Virus record (IMG/VR): IMGVR_UViG_3300005913_000002 | DNA from: a virus | DNA length: 64,000 nucleotides | Direction: 5' to 3' (one strand) | Shown: positions 50,452 through 60,461 of the stretch, in pieces | Layout: every line of letters starts with the position of its first letter | Numbering within the stretch: position 1 is the stretch's first letter | The notes under the pieces: generated by a model | Told to the model about the DNA's origin: nothing | The model's database searches: none | Seen by the model: only the letters and a program-made list of their open reading frames with translations | Position numbers and translations under genes: made by a program

Positions 50452-51257
50452 TGAAACGAGTATTTTTACTATTAGTTTTAATATTTGCATTAGCCGGGTG
50501 TGTTACTACCGATACTCTTCGGTATAAGCAACTAAATCCGCTACCAACCCAAAAGCCCAAAGAAGTATCATTAATCATAAACACATATGCCCTCGAAAAC
50601 CCGAGTCCCACAGTGATATATGCACACGGTTGCTCTGGGCTTGATGGCGCATATTTAGATTGGAAAAATAAATTAAATGACTGGGGCTACAATGTCGTAC
50701 AGCCAGATAGTCTGCGAAGTCGAGGATTCAATACGGCTTGCAGCAGGCGTGGTCTCGTAAATGTTACCAATAATGACAGACTTGAGGATGTACTAAAAAC
50801 TGCGGAATGGGTCAAGAAACAACCTTGGCATAAAGGTAAAATTGGTGTAATTGGATTTAGTATGGGAGCAATTGCAGCATTAAATTTGGCCGGGGACGGT
50901 GGAAATCTTTACATATTTAAATTAGAAACTCCTAGGGATGCGTATCAAAATATAAATATTTCAGCGGCTGTTGCTTACTATCCATTCTGCCTGCCAGATC
51001 ACTCCAAAGCGAAAATTCCAACTCTAATTTTAGTTGGAGGGTTAGATAACGGAACACCTCCAACTTGGTGCAATTATCTTGCCAATGAAAATCCGAATAT
51101 CGACTTAAAAATTTATCCCGGCGTTCATCACAGTTTTGATACTCCGGGATTTAATCATGTCAGTAAACATGGATGGATTGTTAAGTACGATGCCAATGCA
51201 GCCCAGGACGCTGAGAAGCGCACAAAAGAATTTTTCGAAAAACAATTGAAAAATTAA
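50451..51257 (+). CDS. dienelactone-hydrolase family alpha/beta hydrolase, predicted lipoprotein
   Basis: Signal plus lipobox LAGC; HGCSG; GFSMG; YYP; G.LD; YPG.HHSFD. Confidence 0.85.
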   Translation: MKRVFLLLVLIFALAGCVTTDTLRYKQLNPLPTQKPKEVSLIINTYALENPSPTVIYAHGCSGLDGAYLDWKNKLNDWGYNVVQPDSLRSRGFNTACSRRGLVNVTNNDRLEDVLKTAEWVKKQPWHKGKIGVIGFSMGAIAALNLAGDGGNLYIFKLETPRDAYQNINISAAVAYYPFCLPDHSKAKIPTLILVGGLDNGTPPTWCNYLANENPNIDLKIYPGVHHSFDTPGFNHVSKHGWIVKYDANAAQDAEKRTKEFFEKQLKN

Positions 51258-52075
51258 AAATAAGAAATATTGATTCTGTAAGGATATATAAATTCGTTAT
51301 TGTTGTAAGTTTCGTTCTTACGCAATTCAATTCGACTAGTTTTGCCCAAACAAATACTTGCCATAGTTCCTGGCATGCTTTGATTACCTATAAACAAATC
51401 ACAACCTGCTAATACTCTTGATAAGTGTAGCAGGTCTTCTGTGTTATAGTAATCGACTTCACACTTGTATAAATCTTCAAACCAAGCGTGTTCGCCTTCG
51501 TGTCCTACAAACACACATTGATCTGCTAGCCCCATGTCAATCCATTCTTTCCATTGCGGATTAAAGATAGGTGCGCCGTCTAAATATTTCTCATTACGAC
51601 TAATAACAATAGGGCGTCCCGGAATGCGAATGGGGTCTTTGCACTCTAACCAGGAACGTTGCTGAAGTGCTTCAAAGTTTGCCTCCATATCAACACCTTG
51701 GCTAGATGCATATTGATTACTGAAGTTCCTAGGCCAAATACCACTTGCTTGATGATGAAGACATTGTTCTTCAAATACGTTAGTAACTTCTTGTCCTTGC
51801 CATACTTGAAAATTTTTAATATAACTTTGGCTAGTCATTAAAGATTCTAACATATCAAAGTCTTGTTGTGTCATACGACCGCTGTGAATACCAGCGCCAG
51901 GCCAGCCGAGGTACTGTTTAACAACATTATCCATGTTGTTAAGACGAAGATAATAATCGCCGCCGCCTAACAATTTAACAACGGATAAACTAGTAAGCAC
52001 ATCACCTAATGTGCCTGAGTGGGTAAAAGATAGATTAGAAGTAGTGGACATTGGGTCTGATAAAATAACATTCAT
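51254..52075 (-). CDS. glycosyltransferase (GT9/heptosyltransferase-like), paralog B
   Basis: HSGTLGDVL.SL..; LAGCDLFIGNQS..LGK. Confidence 0.6.
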   Translation of the reverse strand: MNVILSDPMSTTSNLSFTHSGTLGDVLTSLSVVKLLGGGDYYLRLNNMDNVVKQYLGWPGAGIHSGRMTQQDFDMLESLMTSQSYIKNFQVWQGQEVTNVFEEQCLHHQASGIWPRNFSNQYASSQGVDMEANFEALQQRSWLECKDPIRIPGRPIVISRNEKYLDGAPIFNPQWKEWIDMGLADQCVFVGHEGEHAWFEDLYKCEVDYYNTEDLLHLSRVLAGCDLFIGNQSMPGTMASICLGKTSRIELRKNETYNNNEFIYPYRINISYF

Positions 52076-52802
52076 TTCTTTGTAAAGGTAAATCTTTGCG
52101 GCATTCGCATAGTGTAGTTTTTCCTAAGCCTAATGCAATACTTAGGCACATGCTTTGACTACCTATAAATTGTTCTGCGCCTGCAATCACTTGTGCAACT
52201 TCTAAAATATTTTCAGTTTTATAATGCTGAATTTTAATACCTAGGCTTTGCTCAAACCATGCATGTTCACTTTCTTTCCCTACATATACTGCCATGTCCG
52301 ACAGTCCTTTTTTAAAGAAATCTTTCCATGCTTTAGCATCGGGATCACATCCATACAGGTGTCTATTAACACGATTGACCACAATTGGCTTACCAGGAAT
52401 ACGAATAGCGTCTTTGATTTCTAACCAAGGCTGATACATGAATTCTTTATAATGTTTATAAAAGTCGAGACCTAATCCGGTAGCATACGAATACATGTAG
52501 TTACCGTTTTGTTTAACAATTTCAAAACCACACTCGCCTAGGTCGTGTGTAATTTCTTCACCGTTGTATGGTTTAAAACTGTTGATATAAGGAAGACTTT
52601 CTATTAAAGGTCGGAGTGCTTCGAACTGGGCTTCGGTCATCTCGCCCTTGTGATCGCCAGCATTTGGTGCACCTAATACACGGTGTGCCATACGATCCAT
52701 ATCGTTAAGACGCAAATAAAAATCTCCTCCACCTAAGTGCTTGACCATAGCAAGGGAGTAAATTAAATCGCCGAATGTTCCTGAATGTGAGAATGAGTTC
52801 AT
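52035..52802 (-). CDS. glycosyltransferase (GT9/heptosyltransferase-like), paralog A
   Basis: HSGTFGDLIYSL..; IAGAEQFIGSQS..A.GLGK. Confidence 0.6.
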   Translation of the reverse strand: MNSFSHSGTFGDLIYSLAMVKHLGGGDFYLRLNDMDRMAHRVLGAPNAGDHKGEMTEAQFEALRPLIESLPYINSFKPYNGEEITHDLGECGFEIVKQNGNYMYSYATGLGLDFYKHYKEFMYQPWLEIKDAIRIPGKPIVVNRVNRHLYGCDPDAKAWKDFFKKGLSDMAVYVGKESEHAWFEQSLGIKIQHYKTENILEVAQVIAGAEQFIGSQSMCLSIALGLGKTTLCECRKDLPLQRNECYFIRPNVHYF

Positions 52803-52841
52803 AGTGTTGTAAATTGTAGCATATTTACAACACTATGTCAA
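52800..52841 (-). promoter_or_regulatory. nested sigma70 and late promoter within 15-bp perfect inverted repeat
   Basis: Minus TTGACA-17-TACAAT; TAAATA at 52822-52827; CATAGTGTTGTAAAT/ATTTACAACACTATG. Confidence 0.7.
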
Positions 52842-52855
52842 CCCTGATTAAATTT

Positions 52856-55800
52856 TCATAAACCAGCGGCAGATAATCTTGCTTCTAATTCTTCAACTTT
52901 AGCAGACAGTTCTTGAATAGACTTTGTTAACACCGCAGTTAGTTTTGGATAGTCCACACTTAATGTGCCGTCACTATTTGTTCCGACTACTTCAGGAACA
53001 ACTTGCTGTACTTGTTGTGCAAGAAAGCCGATTTCAGTCTGTGAACCAAATCTTTCAGTATCTATCCAATTAAACTTAATTGAATTTAATGCAAGTGTAG
53101 CAGTAAGTCCTTGATCAATCGGATGTACATTTGTTTTTAAATTTGCATCTGAGGAACTATTAGTAACTTCGCCCTCTTGGCTTGAATACACTGCTCGGTT
53201 TCCGACGCCTTGTAAACTCTTAACAAATAAATTTTCTCCAATTCCTACTCCACCTGCAACTACTAGCGTTCCACTAAAAGTATTTGTTGCAATAGTAACA
53301 CCTGACAAATATAATTGAGTAGCAGTACTTGTAGGTCTACTGCCTGCAACTGCAAAGGTCCAAGTGCTAAATGTAACAATATCTTCGTCTGGACTTAAAA
53401 AATACTCGTCAATTAATATGGTCCAGTCTGTACCTGTTCTTGCAACTAATGTTCCTTCCAAGTAACTTAAAAATGCACGTTCTTTGACAATTGCTCTTAT
53501 TCTTTGCCCAGTAGTATATGCATGCTCTTCACTTTCAACGGCAAACTGTACCTCAGTATCAGAACCTATAGTTGCTAAACTAACAGGATTATCATATGCC
53601 CAAAGAACATACCCGAGACCTGGCTGGCCTATAAGTCCGTTTTCGCCTGCTATGCTAATTGCCCAAGAACTACTCGAAAGTCCTAGCGTTCCTTGAGCGT
53701 AATCCGATATAAAAATCAACGACGTAGTGGCTAAATTTACACTTTCGACTTGTCCGTCCATATAACTAAATGGTTGAGAATTAATTGCTCCTGCTCTAAT
53801 TCGCATACCTGCGGTGTATCCCGATACATTTGGAGTACCGTTAACATCGTATAAATCTGTAAATGTTTTAGTTCCTGTGCTAACAGTATTAGTCGAACTA
53901 CTAAAAGCAAGTAGTGCCGGACCTGTCGGACCTACTGGACCTTCGACGCCGGTAGCGCCTATTGGACCAGTCGCTCCGTCAGCACCTGTTGCGCCTGTTG
54001 CGCCTGTTCCGCCATTTCCACCATTAGGTCCAATTGGCCCAGTCGCACCTTGTATAGATCCATCAACTACTACTGTACTACTATCATTTAATGTAAGTAT
54101 TAATGTAGTACCTGTAACACTGGCAGTAGTAACATATTGTCCTTGAGGACCTGTAGCACCTGTGGCGCCAACTCCAGTAGCACCTGCAGGTCCAGTAGCA
54201 CCTGTTGCGCCTGTAGCACCTTCTGCTCCCGGATTTCCTTGCGCCCCTGTAGCACCCTGACCAGTAGCACCGGTTGCGCCTAAATCACCTGTAGGTCCAG
54301 TTGCACCTTGCGGACCAGTAGCACCTGTAGTTCCTAATGCACCTGTTGCACCTGTTGGACCAGTAGCACCTGTGGTACCTTGTACACCAGCACCAGTTGC
54401 ACCTTCTGAGCCTGTAAGTCCAGTAGCACCAATTACTGATCCAACGTTAATTTCGCTAGCATCATTTAATACTAACAACAATTCTGTTCCTGTTATTGAA
54501 GCAGTTGTAATATATAGTCCAGTGGCGCCTGTAGCACCTTGGGCAGCAGCACTTCCATCAATACCTTGCGGACCTTGTACACCGGTTGCGCCAGTTTCTC
54601 CTGTAGCACCAGTTGCACCAGTAGCACCTTCTGGTCCGAGTGGTCCTATTGGACCTGTTGCACCTTGTACACCAGTAGACCCTGGCACCGTAGAGTCTGC
54701 ACCTGTTGCACCTGAAGGTCCTGTTGCACCTGTTGCACCATCAACTCCGATTGTCCCAGTAGCACCTGTAGGACCTGTTGCACCAGTAGCGCCTTCGCCA
54801 GTTGCACCTTGTACACCCGTTGCTCCGTCATTGCCTTGATTTCCTTGCGCACCAGTAGCGCCTGTAGGACCAACAATATTACCGGCATTAATTTCACTAC
54901 TATCATTTAATGTAATTAACAAATTTGTTCCGGTTACAGTAGCAGTAGTAACGTATAATCCTGTGGCACCTTGTGCTCCAGTGGCACCATCATTGCCAAT
55001 AGCACCAGTTGCGCCAGCGCCAGTTGCGCCTGCAGGACCAGTTGCGCCTTGAACACCTGTAGCGCCTGTAGCACCGTCTGCACCAGTTGATCCAACTCCA
55101 CTAGGTCCTGTGGAACCTGCTGGTCCAGTAGCACCAGTTGTGCCAGGAACTATTGAGTCTGCGCCGGTGGCACCTATTTCTCCTTGTGGACCAGTGGCGC
55201 CTGTTGACCCGTAACTGCCAGTAGCACCAATTGCACCTTGTGGGCCAGTAGCACCAGTAGCGCCGTCGATACCTATGCCACCATCTGCTCCTGTAGCACC
55301 TATGCCACCATCTGCTCCTGTAGCACCTGAAACAGGGCCTGCATCAATTTCAGTCGAATCATTTAAAATAATAACTAGATTAGTGCCACTAATAGTAGCA
55401 CTAGTTACATATAGTCCTGTTGCACCTGCAGGTCCTGCTTCTCCCGTAGCGCCAGTAGCACCTGCACCTGTAGCACCAACATTCCCTGCAGGTCCTTGCG
55501 CACCTGTAGCACCCGGTAAACCAGTAGCACCTGTTGAACCTGCACCAGTAGCACCATCTGGTCCGGCAGGACCTGTGGCGCCAGCCGCACCAGTAGCGCC
55601 TTGTGGACCAGTTGCTCCGCCTGGATCGCCTGTTTCTCCTTGTGGACCTGTAGATCCAATTAAACCAGTTGCTCCTACAGGACCAGTTGATCCGGTTGAT
55701 CCAGGTCCGCCAATGGGGCCTTGAGGACCAGTTGCACCTGTAGTACCTTGTACACCTGCACCAGTAGCACCTTGATATCCTTGAATACCCAACGGTCCTC

Positions 55801-57166
55801 TTTCACCAGTAGCACCAGTAGCACCGCTGCCTGTTGCACCAGGTCCGCCTGTGGCGCCTTGTGGTCCAGTTGAACCAACTTCGCCTGCTACGTTAACAAA
55901 CCAAGTTGTTAATGTTGTAGCAGTACCCTGTGTACGGTCAACATATACTGTAACTGTAGAACCAGTAGTGTCATATGCAGTAATTTGTCCTTCTAACCAT
56001 TCGTTAACAGGAATACCGCTGGCATAGTTTTTAGCACGAACTCGCTGTCCAATTGACCAAACGGCTAAACTTTCTAAAACAAACACTTTTGCACCAGTGC
56101 CAATTGTAATAGAACTGTTTGAATAAACTCCGACACCTAATCCGTCTGGGCCCTGCACTCCAGTAGCACCCGTTGGACCAGTAGCACCGATTAGACCTGT
56201 AGCACCTGTAATACCGTCTACTACACTCAATGTTCCTGTGGAATCTACTGCAAGGCCAGCGCCGATAATAACACCGCCTAGTGTAGCAGTTGTAGCAGTG
56301 GGTAAAGTATACTGATTAGCACTTAGTAATCCTGCTGGAGTAATAGTCAACCCATTTCCAACTTGAATAACACCTACTGATGCTGTGGTTGCTGTAGAAA
56401 CCGCAACCTGTATTGTGGCAGTATCAACACTGACAACACCGGCATTTACCAATAAGCCGTCTCCAACTTGCATGATACCTTTTAGGGATTCGCTTGCAGT
56501 TGGAATACTGTTTAGATCGTTGAAGTTACCGCTGATACCCACAGCACTAACTGTTTGCACACTAGCATCAATTTTCCTACGGTCAAGGTCAAAGAATTCA
56601 AAATCAACACCAGTGCGGCTTGAAATTTCAATACCAAATACGCCGCTGGTCTCAAACGTCATTTCGCCGCTGACGCTGTTGAAGTTTACCAATCTAGTCA
56701 CGTTGGTAATACTGCTGACATCGCTGAATGTCACAACAGTAGCAGTAGACGGAACTGAAACATACACACGCATTGTGGCATATTGGTCTACTGGAAACTG
56801 TTTTAATCCTAAGGTAACGTTGGGAAACGCTTCTACATAATGTATCGGTGCTTCGTAGTAACTTAGAGCAACTGTGCCGCTTTGCGGGCCATGATTGAAC
56901 AAGCGTTGTGTCCAATCTGCTAGTTGTACTTCACGCAGTTCTGCACCTACCATGTAGTTTTGAAAGTCGTCTGCGTTTTCTACTCTAGTTGTGCTGGTAG
57001 TGCCTTTTACTGTGGCATTACGTTGCAGCCCTGTAATTTCGTCACGGGCAGCAGTTAGGCCTTGTACAGTGCCTTGAAAATTGTCTCTAAATCCCTGCGA
57101 ACTGTTATTTTGTCCTGATACAGGAAACTCTGGGTTAATTTGTGTTGGGTCGATATTGCTTGTCAT
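52856..57166 (-). CDS. collagen-like tail fibre with S74 chaperone (1436 aa)
   Basis: Long Gly-X-Thr tracts, 4x YVT.A...GT.L...LND.S linker, SSDANLK..GFLAQQV..VDYPKL..L.KSIQEL. Confidence 0.85.
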   Translation of the reverse strand: MTSNIDPTQINPEFPVSGQNNSSQGFRDNFQGTVQGLTAARDEITGLQRNATVKGTTSTTRVENADDFQNYMVGAELREVQLADWTQRLFNHGPQSGTVALSYYEAPIHYVEAFPNVTLGLKQFPVDQYATMRVYVSVPSTATVVTFSDVSSITNVTRLVNFNSVSGEMTFETSGVFGIEISSRTGVDFEFFDLDRRKIDASVQTVSAVGISGNFNDLNSIPTASESLKGIMQVGDGLLVNAGVVSVDTATIQVAVSTATTASVGVIQVGNGLTITPAGLLSANQYTLPTATTATLGGVIIGAGLAVDSTGTLSVVDGITGATGLIGATGPTGATGVQGPDGLGVGVYSNSSITIGTGAKVFVLESLAVWSIGQRVRAKNYASGIPVNEWLEGQITAYDTTGSTVTVYVDRTQGTATTLTTWFVNVAGEVGSTGPQGATGGPGATGSGATGATGERGPLGIQGYQGATGAGVQGTTGATGPQGPIGGPGSTGSTGPVGATGLIGSTGPQGETGDPGGATGPQGATGAAGATGPAGPDGATGAGSTGATGLPGATGAQGPAGNVGATGAGATGATGEAGPAGATGLYVTSATISGTNLVIILNDSTEIDAGPVSGATGADGGIGATGADGGIGIDGATGATGPQGAIGATGSYGSTGATGPQGEIGATGADSIVPGTTGATGPAGSTGPSGVGSTGADGATGATGVQGATGPAGATGAGATGAIGNDGATGAQGATGLYVTTATVTGTNLLITLNDSSEINAGNIVGPTGATGAQGNQGNDGATGVQGATGEGATGATGPTGATGTIGVDGATGATGPSGATGADSTVPGSTGVQGATGPIGPLGPEGATGATGATGETGATGVQGPQGIDGSAAAQGATGATGLYITTASITGTELLLVLNDASEINVGSVIGATGLTGSEGATGAGVQGTTGATGPTGATGALGTTGATGPQGATGPTGDLGATGATGQGATGAQGNPGAEGATGATGATGPAGATGVGATGATGPQGQYVTTASVTGTTLILTLNDSSTVVVDGSIQGATGPIGPNGGNGGTGATGATGADGATGPIGATGVEGPVGPTGPALLAFSSSTNTVSTGTKTFTDLYDVNGTPNVSGYTAGMRIRAGAINSQPFSYMDGQVESVNLATTSLIFISDYAQGTLGLSSSSWAISIAGENGLIGQPGLGYVLWAYDNPVSLATIGSDTEVQFAVESEEHAYTTGQRIRAIVKERAFLSYLEGTLVARTGTDWTILIDEYFLSPDEDIVTFSTWTFAVAGSRPTSTATQLYLSGVTIATNTFSGTLVVAGGVGIGENLFVKSLQGVGNRAVYSSQEGEVTNSSSDANLKTNVHPIDQGLTATLALNSIKFNWIDTERFGSQTEIGFLAQQVQQVVPEVVGTNSDGTLSVDYPKLTAVLTKSIQELSAKVEELEARLSAAGL

Positions 57167-57199
57167 TTCTAATCCTAGAACGTAGATTCCACTATACGC

Positions 57200-57227
57200 T
57201 ATTTAGCCCAGATCGGTTAAGTAAATA
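57200..57227. promoter_or_regulatory. back-to-back late promoters
   Basis: TATTTA at 57200, TAAATA at 57222. Confidence 0.65.
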
Positions 57228-57232
57228 GATCT

Positions 57233-58189
57233 ATGCAACCATGCCCATACAACCAAGTAGTAAGTGACTACAAACGTTTTTATCTAACTTGGATAATCAA
57301 CAACATCTGTACAAATCATTGCCGCTATTGCCCAAAATATCTACACGAGGGCAAGAATCATCACTACGACTGGAGTGAAGCGGAATACTTTATCGACAGC
57401 ATATTAGAACAGCACCCCATGATACATTTGGTTATATCAGGGGGCGAGCCTACAGTAAGTCCTTTTTTACCAAAGTTACTTAAAAAATTTGCCAGCCCTA
57501 AACACTATGCTGGCGTCAGTAGCAACGGTGTTCGTAAGGCAGAATACTGGGACGGACTAGATGTAGAAAATCTAGGACTCAGTTATCATCCTGCGTTTCA
57601 CGACGACGGTTGGGTCGAACGAGCAAATCAAGCAAATCAGTATGTCAAACAGGTCACGGTGAATCTAATGATGGATCCCGACTACTGGGATCACTGCATG
57701 ATCATCTACGATCAACTGTTGAACGAAACTGACGTCTCAGTTATACCCACTATGATAGTAGATTGGGGATCGGGTCAAACTCCCACCTATACTGAACAGC
57801 AGCAACGCTGGTTCCTGGACAATCCTGCTGTGTATAGAAATCTTTGGGTGGACCCCATTGTTCCCAGAAACTTTGCCATTCTGGATCGTCAGGGCGAACC
57901 GGCATTTCCCGGCAAGAGTTGGACTGTGGAACTGATCAATCGCAGAGAAAACAACTTCGGTCGCTGGGAGTGCGACATAGGACTAAAATCCGCATTTGTA
58001 CAGTTCGACGGCAGTTACCGTAGAGCCAACTGCGAACAAGGCGGCTACTCAGGATGGATTCGAGACGGCTACAAGCAAGTGGTCAAGCCAGTGATCTGCG
58101 GCTACACAGAATGCCAATGCCTTACTGACATATCCATACCTAAACGCAAACAGTCTGCGGCAGTGTGGCGCATACAGCCAGTGAAATAG
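57233..58189 (+). CDS. radical SAM protein with C-terminal Cys cluster
   Basis: CTNHCRYC, SGGEPT, SNG, SYHP; C-terminal C..C..CGYTECQC. Confidence 0.9.
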   Translation: MQPCPYNQVVSDYKRFYLTWIINNICTNHCRYCPKYLHEGKNHHYDWSEAEYFIDSILEQHPMIHLVISGGEPTVSPFLPKLLKKFASPKHYAGVSSNGVRKAEYWDGLDVENLGLSYHPAFHDDGWVERANQANQYVKQVTVNLMMDPDYWDHCMIIYDQLLNETDVSVIPTMIVDWGSGQTPTYTEQQQRWFLDNPAVYRNLWVDPIVPRNFAILDRQGEPAFPGKSWTVELINRRENNFGRWECDIGLKSAFVQFDGSYRRANCEQGGYSGWIRDGYKQVVKPVICGYTECQCLTDISIPKRKQSAAVWRIQPVK

Positions 58190-58204
58190 CGGCGGCACTT
58201 CCTG

Positions 58205-58705
58205 TCAAATAGAGCGAAGCGACCCAGCGGTAGCGCCAGCGATTAGATCGGTAAACTGCTCATATAACGAACTAAAATCTATACATACTGCCCACCTATC
58301 CTCCCGCAGGCCCAGTACAGCATGCGGCACAGTGTGGTCAAACAATGCCCAATGGTACTGCGGAATGACAAACCTGTAGGCCTTACCGCCTTGTTTGAAT
58401 ACAGTAGGATAATCCTGTGTAAGTGAACAAACAGCACGGTAACGTCGAATACGATCCTGATGAAATCCTATTCCCGGCGGCTTAACCCACTGTAGATGCA
58501 ACTGACTGGGATGTAGACTGTAGTTGATACTGCTACTGACCCGTTCAGCGTCCAATGACTGTTCTGGCCATGACCATAAACCCGCATAACGTGCATCAGC
58601 AGTGTATCCATCCTGATTAGTGAGTAGATGCTGATTAGACTGTATGCGAGTATGTATTGACTGTAGTTCAACGGGCAGTACGGGCCATGCTAACAAATGG
58701 ATCAT
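58205..58705 (-). CDS. putative 2OG-Fe(II)/cupin-fold oxygenase
   Basis: HQD..FDHTVPHAV..R pattern; start uncertain (58705 or 58741). Confidence 0.45.
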   Translation of the reverse strand: MIHLLAWPVLPVELQSIHTRIQSNQHLLTNQDGYTADARYAGLWSWPEQSLDAERVSSSINYSLHPSQLHLQWVKPPGIGFHQDRIRRYRAVCSLTQDYPTVFKQGGKAYRFVIPQYHWALFDHTVPHAVLGLREDRWAVCIDFSSLYEQFTDLIAGATAGSLRSI

Positions 58706-58744
58706 AACAGTAAGCCTAATAACAGTCCCGTAGAAGAACACACT

Positions 58745-59189
58745 AGTGCAACGGCCAGCACACGGTGAGCAGCAACAGTGACTATATAGTGTTCTCTAGA
58801 TGTGTATATAGTGGGATAACGGAAAGGACGTAGTAAACGGCGTAGCATGGTATAAGAATGGTTATAGCAGTAATTATCACAGTGCAACAGCCCGAGGAGT
58901 ATATAGCGAGTAAAAAAAATTGTAAAAAAAATTTCAAAAGTTGAAAACAGTAATCCAACGAAGTTTTTAGAGAGAGGTCTATATAGTGGCTTAAAAATTT
59001 TGTGCGCAAATTAAAGTGGGTCCAGAGATCTCGGCCCCTGGTGATTACATCTAACTGGGGTGGGGATATTAGGAACTTTAGAGGGAACTTTGGGGGAGAA
59101 TTTGATTGCGCTGCTGCTAGCGCTAGTACTTTAGTAGTACTAGTGCCCCCCACCACCCCCCACCCCCCACGAGGCTGAGAAAGATTTAA
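58745..59189. other. non-coding segment with A-tracts, hairpin and G/C tracts (candidate terminus/origin)
   Basis: No credible ORF; C6-A-C2-A-C6-A-C6 at 59146-59168; hairpin 59120-59146. Confidence 0.4.
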
Positions 59190-59510
59190 TTATTTAAAAC
59201 TATATATAACGCCTTGTGCGCTAATTGTTTTAGTAATGCCATTTGCAGCCCATTCTGCTTCTATTGCACGTAATTGCTTGCGATCTTTAATTTGTGCATC
59301 TGCTACTTTAATTGCAATTTTAGTCTTGCGATAGTTAATGTATACGTTAGTTGCACTGTACAGCATCTCAAGCAATAACTTAATGCGCTCTGCACGTATC
59401 TTAACAGCATCTGTATACAATGAAGCATTAGCATAGTTGCGCATGCGAGCGTTTTGCATTGCTGCAAACTTGTATTGTGTAGCAGTAGTCTCAAGTGTAT
59501 GTGCTTGCAT
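59190..59510 (-). CDS. early hypothetical protein
   Basis: Own promoter upstream. Confidence 0.7.
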   Translation of the reverse strand: MQAHTLETTATQYKFAAMQNARMRNYANASLYTDAVKIRAERIKLLLEMLYSATNVYINYRKTKIAIKVADAQIKDRKQLRAIEAEWAANGITKTISAQGVIYSFK

Positions 59511-59549
59511 AGTGTGTGTGCTCTCTAGTGTGTGTGTTGCTGTGTATGT

Positions 59550-59579
59550 ATTATAACATACACTAGAGCAGTGTGTCTA
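59550..59579 (-). promoter_or_regulatory. early sigma70 promoter overlapping 15-bp inverted repeat
   Basis: TAGACA-18-TATAAT; ACTAGAGCAGTGTGT (59562) / ACACACTGCTCTAGT (59591). Confidence 0.7.
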
Positions 59580-59608
59580 GTAAAGACCCTACACACTGCT
59601 CTAGTACT

Positions 59609-59860
59609 TTATACTACCCAGCCTACGAATGTTTCGTAATCATATACTGCTACAACTGTATCTTCACGTGTATATACAATTAGTCCCCCGATGTTGTCTG
59701 CAGATGCATCTTGCAGTGCATACTCGTTTACAAACTGCTCTGTTAACTCATCTAACTCTGCATCTGCATCTTGTGCTAGTAGTGCATCTACTTGTGCATT
59801 GTAGTTTGCTGTTACGGGAGTAGTGTTAATAAACTCTATGTTGTATGTGCTTGCTTGCAT
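59609..59860 (-). CDS. early acidic hypothetical protein
   Basis: Own promoter; strongly acidic. Confidence 0.7.
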   Translation of the reverse strand: MQASTYNIEFINTTPVTANYNAQVDALLAQDADAELDELTEQFVNEYALQDASADNIGGLIVYTREDTVVAVYDYETFVGWVV

Positions 59861-59900
59861 GCTGTGTTACTCTCTCTCTACTGCTGTTGAACATGTGTGT

Positions 59901-59929
59901 ATTATAACACTAAACAAAGTCCCTGTCAA
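59901..59929 (-). promoter_or_regulatory. early sigma70 promoter
   Basis: TTGACA-17-TATAAT. Confidence 0.88.
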
Positions 59930-59942
59930 GTGGCGGGTTATT

Positions 59943-60134
59943 CTAACTTGCTGTAATTTCAGCAAGTAATTCGTTCAAGTCGTTGGCCATGTCCTGAGCA
60001 GCCTGCTCAGTGGCAAACTCTGTCTTGCCAATCCAGCCATTGTCCGTGTTGATCAAACGGTAAGTCTCACTCACTAGTACATGCTCTTGCGGAGCAATTT
60101 GGCGTGTCTTCATATCGATTTGAACTGCGTACAT
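59943..60134 (-). CDS. early hypothetical protein
   Basis: AGGAG RBS, own promoter. Confidence 0.7.
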   Translation of the reverse strand: MYAVQIDMKTRQIAPQEHVLVSETYRLINTDNGWIGKTEFATEQAAQDMANDLNELLAEITAS

Positions 60135-60166
60135 AGTAACTCCTGCGTGTTGCTGTCTATGAGTGT

Positions 60167-60195
60167 ATTATAACACTAAACAAAGACCCTGTCAA
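60167..60195 (-). promoter_or_regulatory. early sigma70 promoter
   Basis: TTGACA-17-TATAAT. Confidence 0.88.
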
Positions 60196-60203
60196 CCTCT
60201 GGG

Positions 60204-60461
60204 TTATTGCACACTACCATCCCACTCAACTGTCCACCCTTCTGCTTCCAGTTCTTCTAGTACAGCATTAAAGTCGTCCACAATGATCTGCAGTTGGCTG
60301 TATCGCTTAGTGTCCTTCTTGCGTAAGATGTTGCTGCCTTCCTTGTAGACTAACCACACATGCTCTGCACAGTAACTCTTGTGAGCCACGCTGGTGCAGC
60401 CGCAGGGCTTGGCCTGTGCTCCTAGGTACTGGCACTCTTTGTTGTATACGGTATTAGTCAT
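60204..60461 (-). CDS. small Cys/His Zn-binding protein (GcrA C-terminus-like motif)
   Basis: CQY..CG..SYCAEH..VY. Confidence 0.5.
   Translation of the reverse strand: MTNTVYNKECQYLGAQAKPCGCTSVAHKSYCAEHVWLVYKEGSNILRKKDTKRYSQLQIIVDDFNAVLEELEAEGWTVEWDGSVQ

Noticed and set aside
53484-56915. Plus-strand PVAPVAP ORFs and alternative-frame ORFs
   Set aside because: Antisense or off-frame shadows of the collagen repeats
58702-59156. ORFs 58702-58887 and 58782-59156
   Set aside because: Non-ATG starts, no RBS, run through homopolymer tracts; likely non-coding
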